A stretch of 32,000 nucleotides of DNA from Candidatus Portiera aleyrodidarum (GTDB lineage: Bacteria > Pseudomonadota > Gammaproteobacteria > Johnevansiales > Johnevansiaceae): NCBI RefSeq assembly GCF_000953395.1, contig NZ_LN649236.1:1-32000 (forward strand). Reading direction: 5' to 3'. The stretch's first letter is position 1. The number at the start of each line of letters is the position of its first letter. Positions 18,969-28,193 of the stretch are shown here, piece by piece. A program made the translations under genes and the position numbers. Under the pieces are notes generated by a model, which had not been told where the DNA came from, searched no databases, and saw only the letters and a program-made list of their open reading frames with translations.

Positions 18969-20123
18969 TCAATTCATTTGATAAATAAACAAATATTCAA
19001 TAATTATTTGATAAACTTTTGTTAACAGTATTATTTCTGAAAATAACACACCTTCATTTATTTTATGTATAGTATCATTTGTTAATCCTAACTCAATTAA
19101 TTGATTACAATTTTTATTTATAAATCTACCATCTGATATACCCCCGTTTGTATTTATTTTTGGTTGTAAATTACAAATATAATTTATTCCAAACTTTACA
19201 GCCTTTAATAACTTGCCTTTTTTTGTTATATATGGCTCTCCTGAAATATCCCATTCAATTTTATAATCTTTATTGTTTTTTAAATTAAAGAATAAAAAAA
19301 TTTTACTTACTTTTTTTTGTATTTCATTAACTGTAATTAAATTTGAAAATCTAAAATTACATAATAATTGTGCATAGTTAGGTAGACTATTATTTACACC
19401 CAAACCTGCATTACAATTGGATATTTGAAAAATAGTTTTAGAAAAATCTTTATTACCTTTATCCCATTGTATTTTTAATAAATAATGGGTTACATTTATT
19501 AATATATGTATTGGATTTAATAATGTTTTGGTATATGCTATATGTCCTTGTATACCAAATATTATTATCTTTGCATTTAATGAACCTCGTCTACCTATTT
19601 TTATGGTATCACATGTATAGTTTTTACTAGTAGGCTCACCTATAATACAATATTTTATTATTTCTTTTCTTTTTATTAATTTATTAATTACATATTTAGT
19701 ACCATATTTACCATCACCTTCTTCATCACTTGTGATTAAAAAAGCTATTTTACCTTTATATTTTGGATATAATTTTAAAAAATTACATGTTGAGTTTATC
19801 ATTGCAGATAAACTACCTTTCATATCAACTATACCACGTGATATAATATATCCTTGGTTATTTAAAGAAGGTATAAATGGGTTATTTTTCCATTCATATA
19901 TTGGACCTGATGGTACGACATCGGTATGGCCAACAAATACTAATGTTTTTTTTCCACTACCGTTTGTAGCCCATAAATTATACACTCCTTTTTTATTAAA
20001 AACTTCTATATTAAAACCAAGTTTTTTTAATATATTACTAATTACTACTTGACAACCTTTATCCTTAGGTGTAATAGATTTTTTTGAAAGTAAATTAAAT
20101 ACTAAATTTAAAATATAATACAT
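18969..20123 (-). CDS. dapE: Succinyl-diaminopimelate desuccinylase
   Basis: 384-aa M20 peptidase-family ORF collinear with E. coli DapE (GHTDVVP, GRGIVDMKGS, SDEEG, GGISDGRF). Confidence 0.9.
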   Translation of the reverse strand: MYYILNLVFNLLSKKSITPKDKGCQVVISNILKKLGFNIEVFNKKGVYNLWATNGSGKKTLVFVGHTDVVPSGPIYEWKNNPFIPSLNNQGYIISRGIVDMKGSLSAMINSTCNFLKLYPKYKGKIAFLITSDEEGDGKYGTKYVINKLIKRKEIIKYCIIGEPTSKNYTCDTIKIGRRGSLNAKIIIFGIQGHIAYTKTLLNPIHILINVTHYLLKIQWDKGNKDFSKTIFQISNCNAGLGVNNSLPNYAQLLCNFRFSNLITVNEIQKKVSKIFLFFNLKNNKDYKIEWDISGEPYITKKGKLLKAVKFGINYICNLQPKINTNGGISDGRFINKNCNQLIELGLTNDTIHKINEGVLFSEIILLTKVYQIIIEYLFIYQMN

Positions 20124-20124
20124 T

Positions 20125-21165
20125 TTAATTTTTTTTATGTAAAAGTTTATTCAGTTTTATTATTTTTTTATTTATACGACATTCTATTGTTCCTGTTATA
20201 GAATTTCTTATAAATAATAAATTATTTTTATAAGCTAATACCTTAGCTTTAACTTTTTTTATTACTTTATTCTTTATATCTACAATTGATAGTTTGGAGT
20301 TGGAAGTTATATATAAACCCGATTCAATAATACAACCATTACCTAATGGTATACCACATCCAGCATTAGCTCCTATTAAACATTTTTTACCTAGTGATAT
20401 TACAACCCTCCCACCACCTGAAAGTGTTCCTAAAATTGAAGCCCCACCTCCTAAATCCGTATTTTTATTTATAAATACTCCATATGAAATACGTCCTTCT
20501 ATCATACATGGTCCTTTAGTACCTGCATTAAAATTACAAAATCCTTCATGCATAATTGTTGTACCTTTACCTAAATAAGCACCAAGACGTATTCGTGATG
20601 TATCTGCAATTCTTACATTCTTTGGTATTACATAATCTGTCATTATAGGAAATTTATCAATACTAAAAATTGTAATATATATATTATTTAATTTAGCTTT
20701 ATTTTTTGTTTCTATAATTTCTTCACTATCAATTGGACCTACATTAGTCCAAACTATAGTTTTCATAATATAAAATATACCAAATAACTTTATTGTATTT
20801 GGTTTACATAATCTATAAGAAATTATATGTAATTTTAAATAACTCTCTGGAATATTTAAAGGATTTTGATCATATAAAATAAAAGTAAAAATTAATTGTT
20901 TTTTAGTGTTGATAAAACTTCTTATTTTTTTTGCTGTTTTTAATTTCCCTAGTTGTATTAATTCTAAATATAATATGAATAAATCCTTATTAGATAAATA
21001 TAAATTAAAACTATTTGAATTAATGTTTATATTAACTTTTAATTTATTTAATAAATGTTTTATAAAATGTGGATAAGGATATATAACTATAAAAGGATAA
21101 TAAACTTCTAATATTTCATGTTTATAATTGTTACTTGCTAGTCCTACACCAAAACTCAATATCAT
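20125..21165 (-). CDS. dapD: 2,3,4,5-tetrahydropyridine-2,6-dicarboxylate N-succinyltransferase, long (Pseudomonas-type) form
   Basis: 346-aa ORF. The left-handed beta-helix hexapeptide region RIADTSRIRLGAYLGKGTTIMHEGFCNFNAGT...GGGASILGTLSGGG...CLIGANAGCGIPLG and the N-terminal FGVG...YLKLH..SYRL.KP...WTN.GP match the roughly 344-aa DapD of Pseudomonas as I recall it, not the 274-aa enterobacterial form. Confidence 0.88.
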   Translation of the reverse strand: MILSFGVGLASNNYKHEILEVYYPFIVIYPYPHFIKHLLNKLKVNININSNSFNLYLSNKDLFILYLELIQLGKLKTAKKIRSFINTKKQLIFTFILYDQNPLNIPESYLKLHIISYRLCKPNTIKLFGIFYIMKTIVWTNVGPIDSEEIIETKNKAKLNNIYITIFSIDKFPIMTDYVIPKNVRIADTSRIRLGAYLGKGTTIMHEGFCNFNAGTKGPCMIEGRISYGVFINKNTDLGGGASILGTLSGGGRVVISLGKKCLIGANAGCGIPLGNGCIIESGLYITSNSKLSIVDIKNKVIKKVKAKVLAYKNNLLFIRNSITGTIECRINKKIIKLNKLLHKKN

Positions 21166-21177
21166 AATACCTTTATC

Positions 21178-21960
21178 CTATAATTTTTCATTTTTACGAA
21201 TTGTTGTAATAATTACACCTTGTTTTTTGATAATTAATGTATGTTCACATTGAGCAGAATTACTTTTATTTGTTGTAATAGTTGTCCAACCATCTTTTAA
21301 AATTTTAATTGCCGTCCCCCTATTTATTATCATAGGTTCAACGGTTAAACACATTCCTTCTTTTAAAAGAATATCATTATTATATCCATTATAATTAAGA
21401 ACTTGAGGTTTTAAATGAAAATCAGTACCAATACCATGACCACAAAATTCTTTTACAACGCTATATCCATTTGTTTTTGCATGTGTTTGAATTATATTAC
21501 CTACTTCAGAAAGTTTTGTACCATCACGTATAATAGATATTGCTTTATAAAGACATTCTTGTGTAACTTTACATATGTTATAGTTTTTATTATTTTTATT
21601 ATTTTTATTATTTCCAACAATATACATTGCACTAGTATCAGCATAATATCCTTCTTTTATAATTGTAACATCTATATTTAAAATATCATTTGTTTTTAAT
21701 TTTGTTTTATAATTAGGAATACCGTGACATACTACATTATTAATAGATATACAAGTAGCATGTTGAAAACCTTTATATCCTATTGTAGCTGAACTACATT
21801 TTATTTTAGTTTCAATATATTTATGACAAATATTATTTAGTTCTTCTGTATTAATGCCAGGTTTAATATATTCAGAAATCATTTCTAATATATTAGCTGC
21901 TAATTTTCCTACAATTATTAATTTTGTTATATCTTGTAATGAATAAATTTTAATATTCAT
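21178..21960 (-). CDS. map: Type I methionine aminopeptidase
   Basis: 260-aa ORF collinear with E. coli Map (264 aa): VCHGIP, NIDVT....GYYADTS, FCGHGIG, TVEPM, QCEHT metal-ligand context. Divergent from rpsB, as in gammaproteobacteria. Confidence 0.95.
   Translation of the reverse strand: MNIKIYSLQDITKLIIVGKLAANILEMISEYIKPGINTEELNNICHKYIETKIKCSSATIGYKGFQHATCISINNVVCHGIPNYKTKLKTNDILNIDVTIIKEGYYADTSAMYIVGNNKNNKNNKNYNICKVTQECLYKAISIIRDGTKLSEVGNIIQTHAKTNGYSVVKEFCGHGIGTDFHLKPQVLNYNGYNNDILLKEGMCLTVEPMIINRGTAIKILKDGWTTITTNKSNSAQCEHTLIIKKQGVIITTIRKNEKL
21584..21613 (-). repeat. In-frame 9-bp tandem repeat (plus strand TTTTTATTA x3 plus a partial copy) encoding NNKNNKNNKN in map
   Basis: Read directly: tttttatta at 21584-21592, 21593-21601 and 21602-21610, then ttt. 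Confidence 0.85.
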
Positions 21961-22045
21961 AATTATTTTTATATTTGATAATCTTATAAAGATAAGTTAA
22001 TTTATTAATACTATAATATATTAATATATAAGGAATAATAGTTTT

Positions 22046-22717
22046 ATGATAATTAATATGCATGATTTATTAAAAGCTGGTGCACATTTTGGTCATCAAA
22101 CACAATTTTGGAATCCAAAAATGCACAAATATATCTATGGAATAAATAATAAAATCCACATTCTAAATTTAGAATATACCTTTATTGCTCTGAAAAAAGT
22201 TAAGCCCATTATAAAAACAATTATAAGTAAGAAGAACAAAATAATTTTTGTTGGTACTAAAAAAGCCGCTAATGTAATTATTTCTGAAGAAGCAAACAAA
22301 GTTGATCAACCTTATGTTAATCATAGATGGTTAGGTGGGATGTTAACTAATTATAAAACTATTAGACAATCAATAAAAAAATTACGTGAATTAGAATTAA
22401 TGCGTGATAATGGAATTTTAAACCAATTAACCAAAAAAGAAATTTTATTAACCAATAGAAAATTACAAAACTTAGAAAAATGTTTAGGTGGGATAAAAAA
22501 TATGATTGGTTTACCTGAAGCTTTATTTGTAATTGATGTTAATAAAGAAAGAATTGCTATCAATGAAGCTAATAAATTAGGTATATTAGTTATTGGTATT
22601 GTTGATACAAATTCTAATCCAGATGGTATAGATTATATAATTCCCGGAAATGATGATTCTATAAATGCTATAAAACTATATACTAAAATTATAGCAAATT
22701 ATTGTAAACAAACATAA
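22046..22717 (+). CDS. rpsB: 30S ribosomal protein S2
   Basis: 223-aa [22 protein letters not shown] is near-identical to the E. coli S2 N-terminus. AGGA lies about 10 nt upstream of the ATG at 22046. Alternative ATG at 22058. Confidence 0.96.
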   Translation: MIINMHDLLKAGAHFGHQTQFWNPKMHKYIYGINNKIHILNLEYTFIALKKVKPIIKTIISKKNKIIFVGTKKAANVIISEEANKVDQPYVNHRWLGGMLTNYKTIRQSIKKLRELELMRDNGILNQLTKKEILLTNRKLQNLEKCLGGIKNMIGLPEALFVIDVNKERIAINEANKLGILVIGIVDTNSNPDGIDYIIPGNDDSINAIKLYTKIIANYCKQT

Positions 22718-22739
22718 AGTTTATCAAGGGAAATATTTT

Positions 22740-23525
22740 ATGAATAATATCAAGTTAATAAAAAAATTAAGACATAGTACCGGATTAGGTATTATGACAT
22801 GTAAAAAAGCACTTAATAAATATAAAGGTAATATACAATTAGCTATAAATTATTTACTTACTATACATAGATTAAAATCAAACGTAAATTTTCCAAAAGA
22901 AGGAATAATAAAAATCAAAGTGTCACACAATTTAGTTTTAATGTTAGAAATTAATTGTGAAACCGATTTTGTATCTAATGATATTAATTTTATCCGTTTT
23001 GTCAATAAAGTTGCTAATAAATCTTTATATACAAATCAAACCAATATAAAAACTTTAGTGAATGATAAATTAGAATTAGATAGAAAAATTTTAATAAAAA
23101 AATTAAATGAAAATATTATAGTACGTAAATTAATTTTAATTAATATAAACAAATATATTAATAATACAATAGGTTGTTATAATCATAAAAATCGTATATG
23201 TTCTTTAGTCCTACTAACCAATTGTAATTTACAAATTGCAAATGATATTGCCATGCATATTATAGCCACAAATCCAAATGTAATTTATATTAAAGATTTT
23301 ACAAATGAAGAAATAAAAAAAGAAAAATCATATATATTATCTAATATTAAAAAGGGTATTAAACCAATAACTATAATTAATAAAATAATAAAAACTAAAT
23401 TTAAAAAATATTTTAACGAAAATAGTTTATTTAATCAATATTTTATAAAAGATACTAAAAGGACAATTTACCATTATTTATCAAATAATAGTACCATAAT
23501 TAGTTTTTTTAGATTGGAAATATGA
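22740..23525 (+). CDS. tsf: Elongation factor Ts
   Basis: 261-aa ORF with an N-terminal UBA-like motif (IKKLRHSTGLGIMTCKKAL), EINCETDFV, and position after rpsB. Ends with TGA, overlapping the frr ATG (ATGA). Confidence 0.92.
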   Translation: MNNIKLIKKLRHSTGLGIMTCKKALNKYKGNIQLAINYLLTIHRLKSNVNFPKEGIIKIKVSHNLVLMLEINCETDFVSNDINFIRFVNKVANKSLYTNQTNIKTLVNDKLELDRKILIKKLNENIIVRKLILININKYINNTIGCYNHKNRICSLVLLTNCNLQIANDIAMHIIATNPNVIYIKDFTNEEIKKEKSYILSNIKKGIKPITIINKIIKTKFKKYFNENSLFNQYFIKDTKRTIYHYLSNNSTIISFFRLEI

Positions 23526-24085
23526 AAATCATAATGGATACTTTTATAAAAAATACTTCAGTTTTAATGGAAAAAAGTATTAAATTATTAAATTTAAATT
23601 TTAACAAAATTCGTACAAATAAAATCAATCCAGAAATAATAGATAATATTTATATTAGTTATCATGGTAAGAAAACATATCTAAAACATTTATCTAATAT
23701 TTATGTTGAAAATTCACATACTTTAATAATTAATCCTTGGGATAAGCAAATTATTAATGCAATTAAAAAAGCTATTTTTATAAATTTAGACATTAATCCC
23801 ATTATAAACACTAATAATATTAAAGTAATATTTCCAAAATTAACCGAAGAAACACGTAAACGTTATATTATGATAGCTAGATCATTTGCAGAAAATAGTA
23901 AAATATATATACGTAATACACGTCGTGATATAAACAAAGATATAAAAACAAAGTTACAAACAAATATATATAATATGGATGAAGCTAATAATTTAAAAGT
24001 AATTTTACAAAAATTAACTGATAAATATATAAATATTATCACCAAATTATTAAAACAAAAAGAAAACGATTTAATAAAAATTTAA
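23522..24085 (+). CDS. frr: Ribosome recycling factor
   Basis: 187-aa ORF collinear with E. coli Frr (185 aa): NKIRTNKINPEIIDNI.I.YHG, PKLTEETRKRY, RNTRRD.NKD. Confidence 0.93.
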   Translation: MKIIMDTFIKNTSVLMEKSIKLLNLNFNKIRTNKINPEIIDNIYISYHGKKTYLKHLSNIYVENSHTLIINPWDKQIINAIKKAIFINLDINPIINTNNIKVIFPKLTEETRKRYIMIARSFAENSKIYIRNTRRDINKDIKTKLQTNIYNMDEANNLKVILQKLTDKYINIITKLLKQKENDLIKI

Positions 24086-24089
24086 TATT

Positions 24090-26903
24090 ATGAATAATTT
24101 TATTCATTTACGTATACATAGTGAATATTCTTTAATAGATAGTATTATTAAAATAAAATCTTTAATTTATAATATAAAACAAATGAATATACCAGCAATT
24201 TGTATAACTGATGAACAAAATATATTTAGTTTAATAAAATATTATAAAACTTCTATAAAAAATGGTATTAAACCAATAATTGGTTGTGATTTACAAATAA
24301 ATTCTAAAAACCAACTTTATAAAATAACTTTATTAGCTATGAATAAGATTGGATATTATAATCTTATAAAATTAATTACTTTATCTTGTAAAGGAATATT
24401 AACAAAAAACTATATATTTAAATTTTCAAAAGGATTAATTGTCCTTTCAGGAGCTAGTAAAGGTGAAATAGGTTATTTGTTACTTTCAAAAAATATAAAA
24501 AAAGCCACGTTAATTATAAATCAATGGAAAAAAGTTTTTCATAATAGGTTTTATTTAGAATTACAAAGAATAGGTTTAAAACATGAAGAAGAATTATTAT
24601 CTAAATCAATAGATTTAGCTATTAAGACAAATATTCCGGTAGTTGCAACAAATGCAGTAATGTTTATAAACAAAGAAGATTATTATGTACATCAAACAAG
24701 AGTTGCTATAAATGAAGGTAAATTAATTAAAAATTCAAAGAAAAAAGATTTTTATAGTAAAGAACAATATTTAAAAACACCTAATGACATGATCAAGTTA
24801 TTTAAAGATATTCCTTCAGCTATTGAAAATAGTATAATGATTGCAATTCGTTGTAATGTAAAATTAACATTAAATAAAAAAAATGTTTGTTTTCCAAAAT
24901 TTCATTTATCTCAAAAGATAAATATAAAAAAATATTTTATATATATATCAAATAAAGGATTAAATCATCGTTTAATAAAAAATAATATATTAAAAACTAA
25001 CCAAATTATAACATATAAAAATAGATTGTATGAAGAAATTAATATTATTACTAATATGGGTTTTATTGAATATTTTTTAATAGTAATGAAGTTTATCAAA
25101 TGGGCAAAAAAAACAAAGATACCTGTAGGACCTGGTAGGGGTTCGGGAGCAGGATCTTTAGTTGCTTATGCCTTAGAAATAACAGATGTTGATCCTATAA
25201 AATATGATCTTTTATTTGAAAGATTTCTTAATCCTGAAAGAATTAATATGCCTGATTTTGATATGGATTTTTGTATGAAAAAACGTGATAAAGTAATACA
25301 CTATGTAACTAAATTATATGGTAAAAATTTAGTAGCACATATTGTTACTTTTAGTACAATGACAGCTAAATCGGTAATAAGAGATGTTACTAGAGTACAA
25401 GGGAAACCGTATTGGTTAGGTGATAAATTATCAAAATTAATACCTTTGGATTTAGGTATAAATTTAAATAAAGCTTTTAATAAATCATTAGAATTAAGAA
25501 ATTTACTTAAAAAGAATGAAGAAGCTAATGAAATTTGGGAAATGTCTTTAAAATTAGAAGGTATAATTAAAGGAATAGGAAAACACGCAGGAGGAATAAT
25601 AATTGCTCCTAAAAAATTAATTAATTTTTCTCCAATATTATGTGATGATCAAGGAAAAAATATAATACAATTTGATAAAAATGATATAAAATATTTAGGT
25701 TTAATTAAATTTGATTTTTTAGGTTTAAGAACATTAACAGTAATTAATTATACTTTAAAATTAATAAATACATCAAAAAAACAACCAATTGATATTAATA
25801 ATATTCCTTTAAATGATTTAAAATCTTTTAAGTTATTAAAAAACGCTGACACTAATTCTATTTTTCAATTAGAATCACAAGGTATGAAAGAATTAATCAA
25901 AAAATTAAAACCAAAGAATATTAATGATATAATATCTTTGATAGCTTTATTTAGACCTGGTCCTTTAAATTCAGGTATGGTAGATGAGTTTATAAAAAGA
26001 AAAAATGGTAAACAAATAAATTATTCATATTTTCATCAATTAATCCAACCAATATTAAAATCAACTTATGGAATAATTTTATATCAAGAACAAGTAATGA
26101 AAATTACTAATGTTTTAACTGGTTTTAGTCTTGGACAATCAGATGTATTTCGTAGAGCTATAGAAACAAATAAAAATATAAAAAATTATCGTATAAAATT
26201 TATCACAAATTGTATTAATAATAATATAAAAAAATATATTGCCATTAACTTTTTTGAATTTATAAATAAATTTGCTGGTTATGGATTTAATAAATCACAT
26301 TCAACTGCTTATGGATTAATTTCTTACAAAACAATATGGTTGAAAAGTAATTATCCTAGTCAATATATGGCATCGGTATTATCTACAGAAATGTATAATA
26401 TTGATAAAATAATACCAATTATATCCGAATGTAAAAGAATGAAATTAAAAATTTTACCTCCGGATATCAATCTCAGTAATTATAAATTTTGTGTGGATAA
26501 AAAAAATAATATTATTTATGGATTAGGTGCTATTAAAGGAATAGGTGAAGAATTTATTAAAGAAATGATTAGTAATAGAAAAAACTATGGTAAGTTTTAT
26601 GATTTATTTGATTTTTGTAAACGTATAGATAGAAAATATTTAAATAAACGTAATTTATCTGCTTTAATACTTTCTGGTAGTTTAGATAAAATTGGTCCAT
26701 CTAGAGAAATTATTTTATATACGATTAATACTGCAATAAAAATTGCTTATCAAAACAAAAATAATATAATAATGGGGATCAAGGATTTATTTAATAATCT
26801 AGAATATAAAAAATATGAATATGTTAAACCATTTAAAAAATTAGAAAGATTACAAGGAGAAAAAAATACTTTAGGAATATATATATCTTTTATCAATTCT
26901 TAA
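24090..26903 (+). CDS. dnaE: DNA polymerase III alpha subunit, C-terminally truncated (937 aa versus 1160 in E. coli; OB-fold and tau-binding region absent)
   Basis: PHP N-terminus (FIHLRIHSEYSLIDS), GPGRGSGAGSLVAY, PDFDMDF catalytic aspartates, FRPGP, GYGFNKSH. Ends at ...LQGEKNTLGIYISFINS*, which aligns with E. coli ...[16 protein letters not shown] just before the OB fold. Confidence 0.95.
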   Translation: MNNFIHLRIHSEYSLIDSIIKIKSLIYNIKQMNIPAICITDEQNIFSLIKYYKTSIKNGIKPIIGCDLQINSKNQLYKITLLAMNKIGYYNLIKLITLSCKGILTKNYIFKFSKGLIVLSGASKGEIGYLLLSKNIKKATLIINQWKKVFHNRFYLELQRIGLKHEEELLSKSIDLAIKTNIPVVATNAVMFINKEDYYVHQTRVAINEGKLIKNSKKKDFYSKEQYLKTPNDMIKLFKDIPSAIENSIMIAIRCNVKLTLNKKNVCFPKFHLSQKINIKKYFIYISNKGLNHRLIKNNILKTNQIITYKNRLYEEINIITNMGFIEYFLIVMKFIKWAKKTKIPVGPGRGSGAGSLVAYALEITDVDPIKYDLLFERFLNPERINMPDFDMDFCMKKRDKVIHYVTKLYGKNLVAHIVTFSTMTAKSVIRDVTRVQGKPYWLGDKLSKLIPLDLGINLNKAFNKSLELRNLLKKNEEANEIWEMSLKLEGIIKGIGKHAGGIIIAPKKLINFSPILCDDQGKNIIQFDKNDIKYLGLIKFDFLGLRTLTVINYTLKLINTSKKQPIDINNIPLNDLKSFKLLKNADTNSIFQLESQGMKELIKKLKPKNINDIISLIALFRPGPLNSGMVDEFIKRKNGKQINYSYFHQLIQPILKSTYGIILYQEQVMKITNVLTGFSLGQSDVFRRAIETNKNIKNYRIKFITNCINNNIKKYIAINFFEFINKFAGYGFNKSHSTAYGLISYKTIWLKSNYPSQYMASVLSTEMYNIDKIIPIISECKRMKLKILPPDINLSNYKFCVDKKNNIIYGLGAIKGIGEEFIKEMISNRKNYGKFYDLFDFCKRIDRKYLNKRNLSALILSGSLDKIGPSREIILYTINTAIKIAYQNKNNIIMGIKDLFNNLEYKKYEYVKPFKKLERLQGEKNTLGIYISFINS

Positions 26904-26911
26904 TATAAATT

Positions 26912-28165
26912 ATGTCTTTATCACAATATTATTTATATTCAATAATCAAATCTTTAAATATAAACACATTATGGATTGCTTTATCTGGTGGAAGAGATAG
27001 TATATGTTTATTAGATATAACATATAAATCATTAAAAAAAATCAAAACCAAAAATTTAATACCTAAAATATATGCTATTCATATAAATCATTATATGAAT
27101 AACTCCTCGGAAAATTGTGAAAAGTTTTGTATAAAATATTGTAATATGTTTAATATACCTTTAATCATAAAAAGACAAAAAAAATATATTAATAATATAG
27201 AATTAGCAGCACGTAACTTTAGATATTTTTGGTTTAATTATTATTTAAATAACAAGGATGTTATTTTTATAGCACATAATAATGATGATCAAATAGAAAA
27301 TTGGATGTTAAAAACAATGAAAGGATGTGGAATTACTGGATTATCAAGTATTCCATATAAACGTAAAATGGGTTATGGATTTTTACTTAGACCATTGTTA
27401 AATATATCACGTAGAACAATAAATAATTATATAAAAAAATATAAACTTAATTGGTTTGAAGATAAAACAAATTTTAATATAAAATTTGATCGTAATTATT
27501 TAAGACATAAAATAATACCTAAACTAAAAAATAGGTGGCCATATTTTTATATTACATTAAATAAATGTATTGCAAACTTTAAAGAATCAAATCAGTTATT
27601 AAATGAAGTTTCAACAGAAATATTTACAATTATTGGTTATAATTCAAATAAAATATATATCAATAAATTAATAAAACTTTCTTATTATCAATTAAGAAGA
27701 TTAATTATTTATTGTTTAAATCATTTAGGTTATATCAATCCCTCAAAAAAACAAATAAATGAATTAATAAATCAAATATTTAATGCCAAATATTATTCTT
27801 CTATATTAATAAAATTTAATAATATTGAAGCTAGAATTTGGAAAGGATTTTTATATTTTAAAATTTTTTCATATTATAAAACTAAACCTGAAAATATCTT
27901 TTATAGTTGGGATTTATATTGTATTAATAAATTTAATAAATTAAATATTAAATTTTTTAATCTTAAAGGAGGAGAAAAAATAATACATTATGGTAAAATA
28001 AAAAGGATAAAACATTTATTACAAAAATTATCAATTCCACCTTGGGAACGTAAAAATTTTATAATTATTTATTATAAAGAAACAATAGTAGCTGCATTTA
28101 ATAATAATTGTTCTGTAGTTACTGATAATTGGAGTGCTAAAATTAAAATAAAATATCCTTTTTAA
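26912..28165 (+). CDS. tilS: tRNA(Ile)-lysidine synthetase
   Basis: 417-aa ORF with the PP-loop motif SGGRDS (WIALSGGRDSICL), HNNDDQIEN, and a C-terminal TilS domain motif (IPPWERKNFIIIYYKETIVA). Confidence 0.9.
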   Translation: MSLSQYYLYSIIKSLNINTLWIALSGGRDSICLLDITYKSLKKIKTKNLIPKIYAIHINHYMNNSSENCEKFCIKYCNMFNIPLIIKRQKKYINNIELAARNFRYFWFNYYLNNKDVIFIAHNNDDQIENWMLKTMKGCGITGLSSIPYKRKMGYGFLLRPLLNISRRTINNYIKKYKLNWFEDKTNFNIKFDRNYLRHKIIPKLKNRWPYFYITLNKCIANFKESNQLLNEVSTEIFTIIGYNSNKIYINKLIKLSYYQLRRLIIYCLNHLGYINPSKKQINELINQIFNAKYYSSILIKFNNIEARIWKGFLYFKIFSYYKTKPENIFYSWDLYCINKFNKLNIKFFNLKGGEKIIHYGKIKRIKHLLQKLSIPPWERKNFIIIYYKETIVAAFNNNCSVVTDNWSAKIKIKYPF

Positions 28166-28193
28166 TATAAATTATTTTTTATAAAAATATAAT

